Shown here piece by piece: positions 48,001 through 59,989 of a stretch of DNA of 64,000 nucleotides. The stretch is from Rhynchobatus australiae (taxonomy: Eukaryota), in the NCBI GenBank assembly GCA_034780895.1, contig JAUZTB010000127.1, positions 35,249,869 through 35,313,868 of the forward strand. The letters are read 5' to 3'. Made by a program: the position numbers and the translations under genes. The notes beneath the pieces are model-generated. The model was given only the letters and a program-made list of their open reading frames with translations, had not been told where the DNA came from and searched no databases. Each line of letters begins with the position of its first letter. Positions within the stretch are counted from its first letter, which is position 1.

Positions 48001-51000
48001 ATTAGCTGACAGATCGTAGGAAACAGAAACACTTTGGATACTTTCTACACTACTTAATTAACAACATACACTTTCAACAAAGAAAATTATCACCCTTTGA
48101 AATAATATTAAAATGAGTAGCAATTACAATTTTCTTTAAATTATAAACAGGCATCAACTGTGTATGAAAACCATTCCCCTCTGATCGTCGCATGTCTTCA
48201 TTGCANNNNNNNNNNNNNCTGAACTCCAGAGACGATGCTTCATTATGCCAAAGAGCAAAAGACTGCAGATAGTGCAATCCATCAGTAGGTCAGACAATAT
48301 TTCTGGAGATTACACCAATTCTACCATTGATTTTAACATCAGTTTTCTGTAGTACTCTACACAGACACAGCTCAAAGGAAAGGCAATCATGCAAAGAGAT
48401 GTCAGTAGCTGAAAGATTAGCCCTTACCCTACTGTTCCCCAAGCCTGCTACAGGTTTCACCAACACCATGCAAAGTCAAGATTACTAGTGATAATAGACT
48501 TGCCACATGAAAGACTGTGTTTCCAAATCTGATTTCATAACTTGTTATTTTAGATTTACATACCTTTAATAACTTTAATATTATAGAAAGCAATAGCACA
48601 ATGCATTGAGCATTGCACATAACCATTGTTAAAAAAGTGTGAAAAATGGGTGTAGTCTAAAGATACTGATATCAACACCTACATATCAACATATACAATT
48701 GATATCAGCACAGCACAGAACTGAAACAGTGATGAAAATTGACCTTTCAAAGAATGGAAGATTGAATGCAAAGCAGGTAATGGTAAGAAGCAGGGAGACA
48801 GGTCGTGCATTGTTAGGATGAGCGTGGAGGGTATTACAGGGACAGACCTCACTGCTGCTGCTGTGGAAACTGGTCTCCTCCCCCTTCACTTCCCGCGACA
48901 CAATCAGCAGAAACTCTGACTGATGGCCCCGCCCATAGCCATAGGGGGATCCTATACTGACCAGCTGTAACAACCAGAGCAGAAAATTTGCAATTGGGTG
49001 AATTAAAAGAGTTCTTTCATTTCAAGTTTTCAAAAGGTGTAAATTAAAAACATCTTGTGATTATTAACATTTCAATTACAGTTTCAGTGACACAAGTTTT
49101 CAAAGCGAAAAGAGTGGTAATTACTTAAACTATACACCAGAAATATCGAACCATAAACAAGATCTCTTTATTTAGATTACGGAATGCTGTGTGCTACAGA
49201 ATATCCTGTAACCTGTGGTCATTTGATAAGAATCGAGAACCACCTGGTCCACGTAACAAAACATTAATGTATGATGATTGCAGTGTTGATATCTACAGCT
49301 ATTCAGTTGGAGTGTGAGAATTCAGGAATGACGGAGCTAAAGCTCAGGTGGTGGTGTGGAGGGAGTGGCGGCACTGAGGGAGTGGCGGTGCTGTCCCGCT
49401 GANNNNNNNNNNNNNNNNNNNNNNNNNNNNNNNNNNNNNNNNNNNNNNNNNNNNNNNNNNNNNNNNNNNNNNNNNNNNNNNNNNNNNNNNNNNNNNNNNN
49501 NNTCTACCTGATAGAAGAGGAGAAAAGACAGAAGGGCCTCCATTTAAACCAAAATAGTACAAGGCCACAATGACTCATGTTGCAGGGTCAATTCCTGGTT
49601 TGTACTAAATTATCAGATTAATCAAGTCTTTTTAGGATTAGGAAATTAGCCTTCCATCAACTGGAAAAAAAACTGAAAAGACAAGGACAGGATGGGGTTT
49701 GAGTCATGCCACATATAGATGAACAGATTGTAAATACTATTCTTTCATAACATGGCCACCAAGGGATGATACGTTGCAAGAATGAGGAAGGAGTGTCCTC
49801 CAGCAGCCGTGAAGAGAATGAAACAGGGTGGAGGGATTGAAGGCGGGGTGCAAACAACTGTGGAGAAACATGCAGGGTGGGGATCTGGGAGAGACACTGA
49901 GAAGTATTTCCTCAAAAGGAGTTGCTACTTCAAAAGAGCAGAATTGGCGGAATGGAAAATATAGATCAAACATTACTGCACTCTGGGATATACGGTACAA
50001 TATTTGTAAAATGAACAACTCCCCAAGATTTAAAATCATATTATTTAAAATGAAGTCAGAAATTCAACCCTAAAAAATTACAGTTTTCCAACCAAACCAT
50101 TAGAGTTTGCTTAGCTGGCTCAGAAATATTGACCTCAATCTTTAATTGAGTTATCTGAAATTATATTCTCATGAAGCAAATGGAAAATCAGCAGATTAAG
50201 TAACCTTAGATACATTTGGTTATATAAACCCAGACTTAAAGCTTGAATTGTGCAAGAGATTCTGGGGATCAGGAAACAGCAGCTGCCAGGAGAAAATTCT
50301 TGGATTTGCGAGATTTAAACAATCATCTTTGGCACACTTGGTCAGAGACCAAGTGATGTAAACAAAGCCAGAAATTCTACTGACAGGGAATGTGTAGTCT
50401 TACGCTTGCTCAGATGAGGTACTACCTTTCTCACTTGTCAGGCTATTTTCCTAAAAAAAGTCAAAGCAACACATGCATGAGACACACTAAGGGTTTCTGA
50501 GAAATGCAACTGGACACCATGTAAAAGCAAGCCTGGTTTTCTGTAATTATAGCATTTAGGTGCAGTAGGCNNNNNNNNNNNNNNNNNNNNNNNNNNNNNN
50601 NNNNNNNNNNNNNNNNNNNNNNAGTAGGCTGAGATGGAAAAAGGAGCAAGGGTAACATAGCCTGAGATGACAGTCCAACACATTGACTTTATTCTCTATT
50701 CTCCTTATACTGTAATTTGCACATTGTTTGTGTTAACAGGTATTGCTGTAATTGCACTTTCCTGCCAGTATTAGCGCTGCTGGTCCATTATAAACATAGG
50801 TATGAAAGATTACAAATGGAAAATGTGGATACAGCTTGTATTGTTTTCATACCTCTTCTCCAAAACTAGACAGCGAAATAATGCAGCAACTTAGTTATGA
50901 TTTCCAATGAGAACTGAGAGTTTTCTAGGGTTTAGCCCTAACATTCATTGTCAGTAAAATGTGATAGATCTAAATTACAGTTAAGAAAATTGAAATTATG

Positions 51001-54000
51001 CAATCATAAATGCATTGTCCAGATATACTTCTAATCGCAGGNNNNNNNNNNCGCAGGAGTGAGGACTGCAATAGTGGAAATATTTTAGTAAAGAATCTTG
51101 CCGTGGAATGGAAGACCAACTGTGTCCCCACTTTAATCACAATAAAAAAAGTTGGGAAGGAATCATTCTGCAACAACTGTAGAGTCTGAGCACTGCCTTT
51201 GTTTATATCACAAGATTTACAAACAGTTTCTGACCAGATTGATTTTAAGTATTCAACTCCAAGTCAGAAATGTTAGTTTCCCAGCTATAAACAATGTATC
51301 AAGAAGTAGTTCAAGAAAATGTCATGCTTTTAATCTGTGTTTGATGCAGCCAACTACTGCTAAAGACACAGGTACCCATTTCTAACAGTGTTATGTGGAG
51401 GACCTAAATGGAAGAGGCTCTTGATTATTTTCAACTACAACATAATTTTTTTGATTTTCAGTTCCACTGAATATCTTAACATTGTTACCTGTTCAAACTT
51501 CCATCCATCAGACATTGTTGACACCATCTGGGTGAGTTCCTCTTCTTGGCACTGTAGCACTCTGTAGACATGTTTCATTGGGATCTAAGGATTACAGGCA
51601 GGAAGAATTGAATTACCTCAAAGACCCACTAAAACAAAATGTTATGGAATACAGTGAACACTGGCAACTTCCAATAATGGGAATAATGTTCATTAAATCT
51701 TCAACTGAGACAAGATTATTAAAAACATAGCTGAAATGAAGATAAACTCACTGGTACAAATTACACCAAGTTTGTGTCTATTTGCATTGTTGAAGAGGCC
51801 TGATATCCATTTAATCCCCTTGAGAACCTCTTCCCACCACCCATCCTCAACTTCCTACTTTCAATCCTAGGTCTCTGTCCTCCTCCCCACCAATCCCTGT
51901 ACATTCAACCCTTAATTTCCAAAACTTCTCTAAGCAAGCAGCAAGGCAATTTAAAAAAGCTGCCAACAGGGAGGAAAATGTGAGTGCATTAGATTCCAGT
52001 TAGGTGTAAATTGGATTGCCCTGATAGCTCAGATGCATGGTGGAATGGATTGGATTTGATGTTTGGGTTCACTAGACTTGTGCAAAAGGCATACTCTTCA
52101 TGTCAACGGTCATTCTCGAGTGGCTAATTATTAAACAGGGATAGTGCATATATTTTCACTGAATGAATTCATTTTGTATCCTTGAAAATAACTGTTTTGC
52201 AATGTAAAGTGACACTGTCAAATAGGTGTATTACCTAACAGACTGTCCAATACCCTGAAAGAATATTTTTGGTTGCAAATTTTCTGCCATATTCTAGTTC
52301 CTTCCAGGATGGTCATCATCACATATGACTAAACAAAGACCTTTTTTATGTTATTCTAATTTCAGTCAGACGTGCATTTCCACCAGGGAAACCTGGAGAG
52401 ATAAACGGAGCAGGAAATCCTGCCCAATTTTCCACTGTCTAATGCAAGAACAGAAGACTATTTAGTAATATTTAAATATCTGCAAGAGGTCTGCTGAGAA
52501 ACCCTGATACAGGCTGAACTCAGCACTTAATCTCACCAAATATGCAGCACAATACCTCTATTAAAGAGTGGAGTTGAGCAGGCTCTGCAGAAGGCAGGCT
52601 GCAGCTTTTCCTGTGCTCTAGGCTGACTTGGCAGTTCCTGAGTAAAATCACTTCTTTAGTACTGTAATCAACACTCATATCAACTGCATTAATCTCCTTG
52701 AGATTTCTGACAGTGACATTTATTTTGTGAACATATTCACTGTGGCATTTTACAAATGAATTTAAAGTGTCGCTATGGCCTTCATATTTAAATGACCACT
52801 ATAAACTAAAAATATTCAACAGATTGGCACTTATTTGCACACTAATTTACACAACAAAAACTCCTCCATCCAGGGTTGAAATCCCAAATACAACTCATAT
52901 TAATGATAAAGTGGTGTTCAATATCTACATAATCTTTTGCTATTTTGTCTTCTACTTCTCACCGTCTATTCTTTGCACGAAAGGCTCAGAAATATGGGTT
53001 AGATATTTAGTCATGAAGAAAATTTGGAATATATGGGGGAAATATATTTTTTTAATTCTCTAAGTTCTCTAAATCTGATCTCTTTCCAGGGAAAGTTGCT
53101 GGTATTTAATATTAAATTTTGGGCCATAGCATTGTTTTACCCCATTTATTATAAACACAAACTGAAAATGATGGAAATACTCAGCTATCAGGCAGCACAT
53201 TTGGAGACAGAAATTCAGTTAATGATTCAGGATGATGACATTTTGGAAGTAAACTTAAAGGTTGCAGAGAAGGGGAAGAGAGAAGGGAGACAACAAACTG
53301 GAATTCTGTAATAGGGTGGAGACCAAGAAAGAGGTGACTGCGAGAGAATAGTGAAGGTTTGTTAATTGCAGCTGATCAGTCTGGAGGTGTTACAAGAAGG
53401 TGACTGAAAATAGAGAAGAAAAGGAGAAAAATAAACAACATCTAGAATTAAAAAATATGAAACACCACTGATGTTGGAAATCTGAAATAAAACAATGCTG
53501 GAAATACTCAGCAGGTTGGACAGCAACCGTGGGGAGAAAAATAAAATTAACATTACAGGTTGACAGATTTTCCCGCATTTAACTAAGGGTTTTTGTGCCT
53601 CAAGAATCCTGCATTATGTGAACATTTCTTAAAGGGCTGACAGCCTTTCCATGATCGGTTTTGAAAAAAAATTCATTTTGGTACCCAGTGCTAAGAAGTT
53701 GGTGTGAGCGGTGGACAAGTGGTGGAGAAGTAGCAGCGGCAGACAGAAGTTGCTCACTGACCCATGTTTACAGATCAGGATCAGAGTGGATCTGGTTCAT
53801 TGACTCGTGATCGCTGGTTGGTTCTGCCCTGCTGGTTTGTCAGTGGGAACTTGCAACTGTCCCTGGGGTTGCTCCCCATGCAGTGATGTCATTGCACAAA
53901 TGCCTATTCCCAAGTACACAGCTTACAGTCTGATGCCACTGTACTTATGCCAATTGTTCTCAAGATGGTGGTCTGTTGCTGGGCGGTGGTGTACAGCGAG

Positions 54001-56396
54001 TTTCTTTGGGTCCTGTTGTTCCAAGTTAATCAGTGAAGATATCCCAGTGAGACTGGCCATCAGATCCTGCTTTGTTTTGTTTGAGATTGTACAGTGAGTA
54101 GTGAAACATGCAACCCACCCTTCATTGTTGTGAGTGACATCTTTGTGAAGCGAAGAATTATATTAGATAAAACTTCTTGTTATAGTGAATGTTCGATTGT
54201 TGGGGGACAGCTACATTGGATTCAATAGACTTGATTGTGTCAGGTATGAAGATGAGATTCTACTACTTGGGTTTATGTTGGTCTTCAATGCAACTTGAGG
54301 ATTGACATTCTGCAGCGTTTGGGTTCTCCAATGTAGAAGTGACAACATCAAGAGCACCAAATGCAGTACACCAGATTGCATGTGGTACAAGTGAATTGAT
54401 GTTTCACTTGAAAGGAAGATTTGATTCATGGATGGGAGGCTGTGGTTGCATGGAAAGGTGCTGGAAAAAGGTGACTGGGTATTGGTAACCTAACTACTCC
54501 CTGGCAGTTCACACTTATATTTTTCCAGTGTTGTGTAGGAAACAAATTGAGAAACTGAGGTTGATATTTATCTACTGAATTACAATGGCAAGACCTACAA
54601 AGTTCCAGCTTAGATCAGCTAGCTCAACATGGCNNNNNNNNNNNNNNNNNNNNNNNNNNNNNNNNNNNTGCAATTACACTTTATTTTTCACTCAATTGGT
54701 TGCTGTTCCTTCACTGTTGTTGGGTCAAAATCCTGGAACTCTCTCCCCAACAGCTTTATGGTTATACTCACTGTTGAAGGACTGCAGATGTTCAAGAAGG
54801 CAGTTCACCACCACCTTTTAAAGGGTAATGAGGGATGGGAAATTAAATGCAAGCTCAGCCTGTTAAGTCCACATCCCTTGAATGAATATAAACAAAAATA
54901 ATAGTGACACAGAATTACTGCTATTATAACTACATATTTTGGTATGAACAGCTGGAGTGTCTACTCATTCTGTGAAACTTGGGGCTGTGGAAAAGCATAG
55001 AAATACAAGTGCCATGAACACAAATTAGAAGCTGGTATGCAAGTACAAAATACAACCTAAAAATCAGATAGAATCATTTAGTCCCAGCAGCCTGCATTAT
55101 AAAAGCAATGCTAGACCATTTGTGAGTGAAATCAAACAGCACTTTTCACACGAACAGTAGAGGTAGTCAGGAGCCCCTTCCCCAACGGCCTGTAAATTTA
55201 AGCTAATAAGACCGAGGTGGATAGATTTTGTTTTTTGTTGGGCAAAGCTATGAAAGTATTGAAATCAAGATTTGGCTGGGGAGGGGTGGTTTACAGGGGC
55301 AAAAGGCAGCAAGATACAGATTAGCCATAATATAAAAACCTAAACTGGCACAGGGAATGATAGTGTCTGTTTGTTCCAATGTTCCTCATGAAAATGCAAT
55401 ATTGTAAAACAACTTTAGAAGAACCAATAACAAAAGACTAAATTTGACCGCTCTTCAGGATTGGCGGTGCTGAACAAGCTCCAGGCATCCATCTACAACA
55501 CAAACTTGCCATTATTGGGAATACAGTGTCTTCAAGACTAGTGTCAGCCATGCCTGGTGGGAAATACTCTTACTGAGTCAGAAGGCTGAAAATCTAGTCA
55601 GTGTTGTAATATTGAAATTGCAGTAGCTATTTTGCACACAGCAAGGATAATGGCAGGATTTTTATTTTCAGCTATATGGCTTGAGAGTTCCATATTGGCC
55701 AGGATGCCTGGGTTATATTCATGTGCCAAACGTGGGACTCGAATCTGCAAAATTAGAACTATAAAATACCTTGGGATGCCCAGAAATGGGCATGAAGATC
55801 ACCACAAAAATACAAGTCTTTCTTTAACCACTTGGACTTCTTGTTCCCAACCTCTCTCCACCAGTCCTCAAGGATAATTTCACATCTTTGGATCAGGTCT
55901 CTTTTCACTCACCTGTGATGTTTTGGTGTCTCTTTCTCTTATCCTGTCTTTCACTAACTTTATTAGTGATGTGATGTTGTAAAACTCTGCTTCCTCCAGT
56001 ACACCTGAAAGGATCAAAACAATAATGAAGTATTTTAAACCATAAACCTGGAGAATTTCATAAGTTCCTTATAATCACTACTCAATTCTCAACTCTTGGG
56101 GTGAACAGTTTTAAAATACTGCTCTTTTACTGACACACAAATTATGTAATTATGTCATATCTGAAAGCTGCCTCAGAATAATGTCACAGGCAGACCAAGC
56201 AAGAATTTAGTCAAACTCAAACCAAAGCTGAAATGAGTTTGATCAATCATAAATTAAACAAAAGCTGAAGGTGCACTGAAGACTTGCCTTCTTCTGCTAA
56301 ATCTTTATTAATAACCAGCTTCCCATGCCGCAGGTAGTTCAGGATTGGGCCAAAATAGGTGGGATCTCGGTCTATTAGATAGGCACCAGTATCATC
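27048..56396 (-). CDS. KCTD5: KCTD5 (BTB/POZ Cullin3 adaptor), 5'-partial CDS: join(56288-56396,55913-56004,51489-51584,33679-33804,27048-27077)
   Basis: Spliced translation [150 protein letters not shown]. The segments [16 protein letters not shown] and HNTPYGT fit KCTD5 rather than KCTD2 or KCTD17. Confidence 0.93.
30215..30690 (+). mobile_element. Relatively young CR1 spanning a 100-N gap
   Basis: [50 protein letters not shown]; CpGs retained. Confidence 0.9.
31122..31166 (-). CDS. KCTD5: Putative KCTD5 alternative C-terminal exon (exon 31103-31166) encoding [14 protein letters not shown]
   Basis: Polypyrimidine tract + TGCATGCTGCATGCTGAATCCAG|AGC GAC GAT GAA GAA ACG GAT TAC GAT ATG ATT GAC TCA GAT TAA. 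Donor CCG|GTGAGC at 31102, local CpG retention, in phase 0 with exon 5. Confidence 0.6.
   Translation of the reverse strand, partial: SDDEETDYDMIDSD
31875..32150 (+). mobile_element. Decayed tRNA-derived SINE
   Basis: GTGGCACAGTTAG head; GTTCTCTCTGTGACCTTGTGGATTTCCTCC...TTAATTGGCCACTGTAAATTGCCC. Confidence 0.7.
33679..33804 (-). CDS. KCTD5: KCTD5 canonical exon 5 (5b)
   Basis: tctcttctcag|CTG GTC AGT ATG...GCC AAG|gtgagt; 126 nt; [42 protein letters not shown]. Confidence 0.96.
36330..37480 (-). mobile_element. Penelope-like element (RT + GIY-YIG endonuclease remnant)
   Basis: ORF 36358-36600 [19 protein letters not shown]...[16 protein letters not shown] aligns to the PLE motif FTCxSxNxVYxIxC..YIGETxRxLxxRFxEH; upstream RT-like [14 protein letters not shown] segments. 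Confidence 0.75.
38839..39028 (+). mobile_element. Tc1/mariner (Tigger/pogo-like) MITE, left part, truncated by a gap
   Basis: TA|CAGTAAAACTCCAATAATCC terminus; internal sequence shared with the copy at 58442. Confidence 0.65.
40300..40637 (-). mobile_element. CR1 3' fragment nested inside a minus-strand SINE (SINE halves ~40130-40299 and 40638-40750)
   Basis: [30 protein letters not shown]; (TCTTGTGA)2 tail; the flanks rejoin to the SINE body TTGGAG^TGTGGGAGGAAACC. Confidence 0.85.
40930..41305 (-). mobile_element. Rex1/Babar LINE 3' end
   Basis: Same tail as the 14470 element (TTGGTTTATTATTGTCAC...GTGCATTGAGGTAGTAC); [12 protein letters not shown]. Confidence 0.8.
42770..43225 (+). mobile_element. 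L1-like LINE 3'UTR with A-rich tail
   Basis: T-rich UTR ending TTGAAAATTAATAAAAAAAATTGAAA. Confidence 0.45.
43372..43655 (+). mobile_element. tRNA-derived SINE, second family (tail GATGCATTTCACT...GTACATGTGACTAATA)
   Basis: B-box GGTTCAATTCC; the reverse complement of the same tail occurs at ~46185-46265. Confidence 0.8.
44030..45580. mobile_element. Cluster of CR1 3' fragments (both strands) and a SINE 3' half (~44930-45140)
   Basis: [51 protein letters not shown]. Confidence 0.8.
45930..46430 (+). mobile_element. Penelope-type terminal repeat with a degenerate hammerhead-like core
   Basis: C-rich tract, then CTGATGCAGGGTCTTGACCAAAAACATTG...CGACCTGCTGAATTCCTCCAGCA; interrupted by a SINE tail. 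Confidence 0.6.
48848..48964 (-). CDS. KCTD5: KCTD5 alternative (duplicated) exon 5a
   Basis: gttacag|CTG GTC AGT ATA GGA...AGT GAG|gtctgt; [39 protein letters not shown] aligns without gaps to canonical exon 5; 117 nt, phase 0-0. The 3' boundary is uncertain because the frame stays open to 48686. Confidence 0.8.
51489..51584 (-). CDS. KCTD5: KCTD5 exon 4
   Basis: cttag|ATC CCA...GAA CAG|gtaaca; 96 nt; [32 protein letters not shown]. Confidence 0.96.
55913..56004 (-). CDS. KCTD5: KCTD5 exon 3
   Basis: tttcag|GT GTA CTG...TCA CAG|gtgagt; 92 nt; [30 protein letters not shown]. Confidence 0.96.
56288..56396 (-). CDS. KCTD5: KCTD5 exon 2 (BTB domain), ends at a GC donor
   Basis: gcag|GAT GAT ACT...GAA GAA G|gcaagt; 109 nt. 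Confidence 0.95.
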
Positions 56397-56929
56397 CTGC
56401 AATTCAAGCACAGTTACCTGGTTACAGAAATATTTTACTCTGCAAGTACATTCAAACATGCTTTTCATATACCAATTCATTTTTTAAAACTACAAGTCCT
56501 CACCAGGTTTTGAATGCCCAATTGAGGTATAGCCTGTACATATGAAAGAATGTTTGGGAGATCGGTGGGATTGATTTGCCAGCTGCTGCAGGCATCTTCT
56601 GCCATATGGGAACTTAGTCCGTGGCCATATTTCTGACTTGCAACTGTCTGGATTATGAACAGTTCACAGGAACAGAACCCTGTTAACTAGGGGATTCGAT
56701 TTGTCTTCCCATCTAGCTTCTGCTCCCATGTGGCACACATCTGAATAGTATAGCTTACTAATGTGGACTCTATTACCCATAACCACGACTTGATTAATGT
56801 GTTAATTTGGTCACGGTCCAATTTAGAGTCTGCACAATACAGGTAATTTGTTTATTGCAATTTAACCTTTAGCTACAATAGCTTTTATATCCAAAAGTCA
56901 GCTCAGCTCAGCACAGATAGGAGAATCTA

Positions 56930-57240
56930 TAACTTTGAATCAGAAGTAGGTGTGTGTAAGCTCTATTCTATACATCAACATATAGCATGGATGCATGCAG
57001 TAAGACGTGCTGTCTTCTGGATGAGAATATTAAATAATGGTCCCATTTATCCTCGGGTGCTCACAAGAAATTCCACTATTTGAAAAATTGCAAGACTTTC
57101 CCTTGATCTCCTGATCAATACGTACGAAATGCCAGAGATTAATTATCCTGTTAATTATCCTGTCTTTTATCTCACTTATCTTCGCAAGAACCTGTCCTGT
57201 GGAAATTGATAACTACAATTTCTACACTTGAAAAATTGAT
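56930..57240 (+). mobile_element. Ancient DeuSINE (AmnSINE1/SacSINE1-like) remnant in KCTD5 intron 1
   Basis: GTGCTGTCTTCTGGATGAGAATATTAAA...CCACTATTTGAA...TCCTGATCAATA resembles the Deu-domain consensus. Confidence 0.5.
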
Positions 57241-58441
57241 GGAACTTCCAGAAAACTCAAAAGATGCTCTAGATATTAAAAGTGATGGGGATTGAAAGCA
57301 TGTGGCTGACGATAATGTTCCTGAAGCAGGGCGGTGTGAGCAAGTCTGTATGCAGTAGAATCAACCAAAAGTGAAAAATACCAGGAAATTACATTAATGC
57401 TCAATGGTCCATCACATCTGCTGTTGAATCATATACTCTATTGGGTTGCCTCTGACAAAAAAGCACACAGCTCAAAAGGAAAAGCTCTAAAATATGCATC
57501 TTTATTTTGTCTAAATGGATAACTGTACGCTTTTAAAATTAAATATTCAGATTAGGGATAAACAAGGAAGCCCACAGGCATTCTGTCATTACAGAAAACA
57601 GCTGCAAAGAAATAGTTTACATAGCAAAACACAAGCACAGAACATAAGGCATTCTGCTGTCATTGGATGACCAGTACTTGAACAAATGGAAACATGCTCA
57701 TGAGGAACAACAATCTGCAGGTCAACTACACCAGACAAAGTTTTTTTGTTCACTGTGCTGCAATGAGAAAAATCAGATGATGGAAAATGGTGTATTTCTG
57801 GAATAAAACAGAGGCAAGTCGTTTGGGATTGAAGAGAGTTGGGGTGCAATGAATGGAAAAGGCACAGGTCAACCTTGTGGCATAGAGTATTACCTCAAAG
57901 CCTCAACTCCAATAAAGCCCATGTAATGAAAACACTGAGTGAAAATGGAATATGAAGGTATGAGATCTGAAACTGTAATCTTTCCAACTCTGATGCATCG
58001 GCTGAATGTTGAAAATTAAAAGAAAAATGGAATATGGCTGTGTGGGTGCTATTGGGTATTGAGTATACATATCCAATATTGTAGATCATGAATTCAATGC
58101 TTCATGTCAGTTTACTTTTTGTTGTTTCTCACAGCAGCCAGAGACCACCTTGTAGCAGGGGCAGTACTTTTCACCCCAGTTAAGGATGAATGAATGGGGG
58201 ACCAGGAGGCAACTGCACCATCTAGTTACCAAATTAAAGGAACAATGGGAGTTGTTAACTGCAAAGAATGAAAAGCTAACCAGACTCAAAAGAAAGAGCC
58301 AGTGACTAATTGGAAAGTGGAACAGTTAGAAGCCCTCACTATCAACAAGCTGCAGTTTGTTTTCTGTTCCCTGTGGAGTATCATAATTGCATTTTAACAC
58401 ATTGACAATAATGACCCATAAACTATTTCGGAATGCAAGTA

Positions 58442-58831
58442 TAGTACAAGTCCTAAAATCCACTATCCAATTGTTTGGAAGTTGCAATGGTTCAGTATCT
58501 GGTGAGCCAGATGCTGAATCCACGTTCCCTCTAACACAATGGACTCCTAGTTTCCATGCTCCTGCTAAGTTCAGTGGGGTCCTGGTTCTCACATTCACTT
58601 TAAACCCACTGGGGACTCACTCCCATGCTCCTTCTAATTTACTGGTGCCCTGATTCCTGCACTCTTGAAACTCACTAAGTTCACTAGAAAATTTACTATA
58701 TTACTGTACTGTGTAACATCTAAACAAAAAGAATTAAAAGAACATTTAATTGGAATAACATCTAATAGTCCAAAAAATCTGCCAGTCTTGTACCAAAGTC
58801 CCTGGCCTGCCGGATTAAATGAGTTTTACTC
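58442..58831 (+). mobile_element. Tc1/mariner (Tigger/pogo-like) MITE, ~390 bp
   Basis: Imperfect TIRs TAGTACAAGTCCTAAAATCC...GGATTAAATGAGTTTTACTC flanked by TA on both sides. Confidence 0.65.
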
Positions 58832-59989
58832 TACTTTCCCAGAAAATATTAACTTTTGATTAAGACATAGAGCTCAAGGAAGGTTTCTGCTTCTCAGCTT
58901 TTGNNNNNNNNNNNNNNNNNNNNNNNNNNNNNNNNNNNNNNNNNNNNNNNNNNNNNNNNNNNNNATCCATCTCTATTTGATAAATTCTGTGGTACCCAAA
59001 TTCTCCATATAAGCAGGCAATCTGAGCGCTGCCAAACAATGTAATTTGAGCAAATTTCAGTCGAACTCTATCATCCAAACTCCATACTTTCCAGCAGATC
59101 ACTAGATAGCTCCAGCAAACACAATGCCGGCTGAGTTACATTGATCTAAGAGTAAGACAAGGGAATAAGCTAAAAAGTGGCAGGTGAAAGTCAATGAGTA
59201 TGTGGAATGGCATTTTGTTAAAAATGCAGGAGAAAATTTATTGTGAATGGAATTATGTTCAGTGTTGTGAAAAATCGAGGGTGAGGTTAATAAGGTTGCA
59301 CAAAAGACAATTACTGAAATTCTAAACTTTACAATATGTATGGAAGATAAAAGCCAAAACGAAATAATGAGCCTGTACAAACCTTTAAGCAGTACTGAGA
59401 TCCATATCATACAATGGATACTGGGAGAATAGATTTATTAGAATACAGCCTAGTATTAGGAATTGAATATACCCAAGGAATCATTTTTTTTGTAGTAAAT
59501 CCAGAATAAACTTCTGTGATTCCCAAAGCCATAAGACCATGCTTTTTTTTGGGGAAGACAGTAAGTTCACTTTAAAGATCTCATGCGCAGGAAAGCATTC
59601 TGCACTGGGAGCCTGAAACATCATCAATAACAAAGCCTGAAATCTTGGACTTGTACATGGCATCCAAACACATTTAAAATGCATTTGAAAATGGAATTAA
59701 AGACCACCAGGTAGCATCTGTGGAAAGAACAGGAGCTCTGAAATGGTACGGTCAACTGTTTCTCTCCTTGCAGACATTGCTTTGTCTGATGAGTATTTCC
59801 ATATCTGCATTAAGTTGCATCCAAAAACCAAATAATGAGCTTTGATTTGGAAAGTGGATGCTCAGTTGAATTAAATTCTGCTCCGATATTTGCCAGGTCA
59901 GTGTTACACATGCTTCACTTAGCCTCCAACTAGAAACTCAGAGTAGGTGGTTGAAGAGGCAGGTGCATACTGGTTGTGAAATGATGCTC

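Noticed and set aside
48848-48964. Interpretation of the exon-5-like segment as part of a second KCTD gene
   Set aside because: No additional copies of exons 2-4 or 6 are visible. It lies in the correct order and phase within the single KCTD5 gene.
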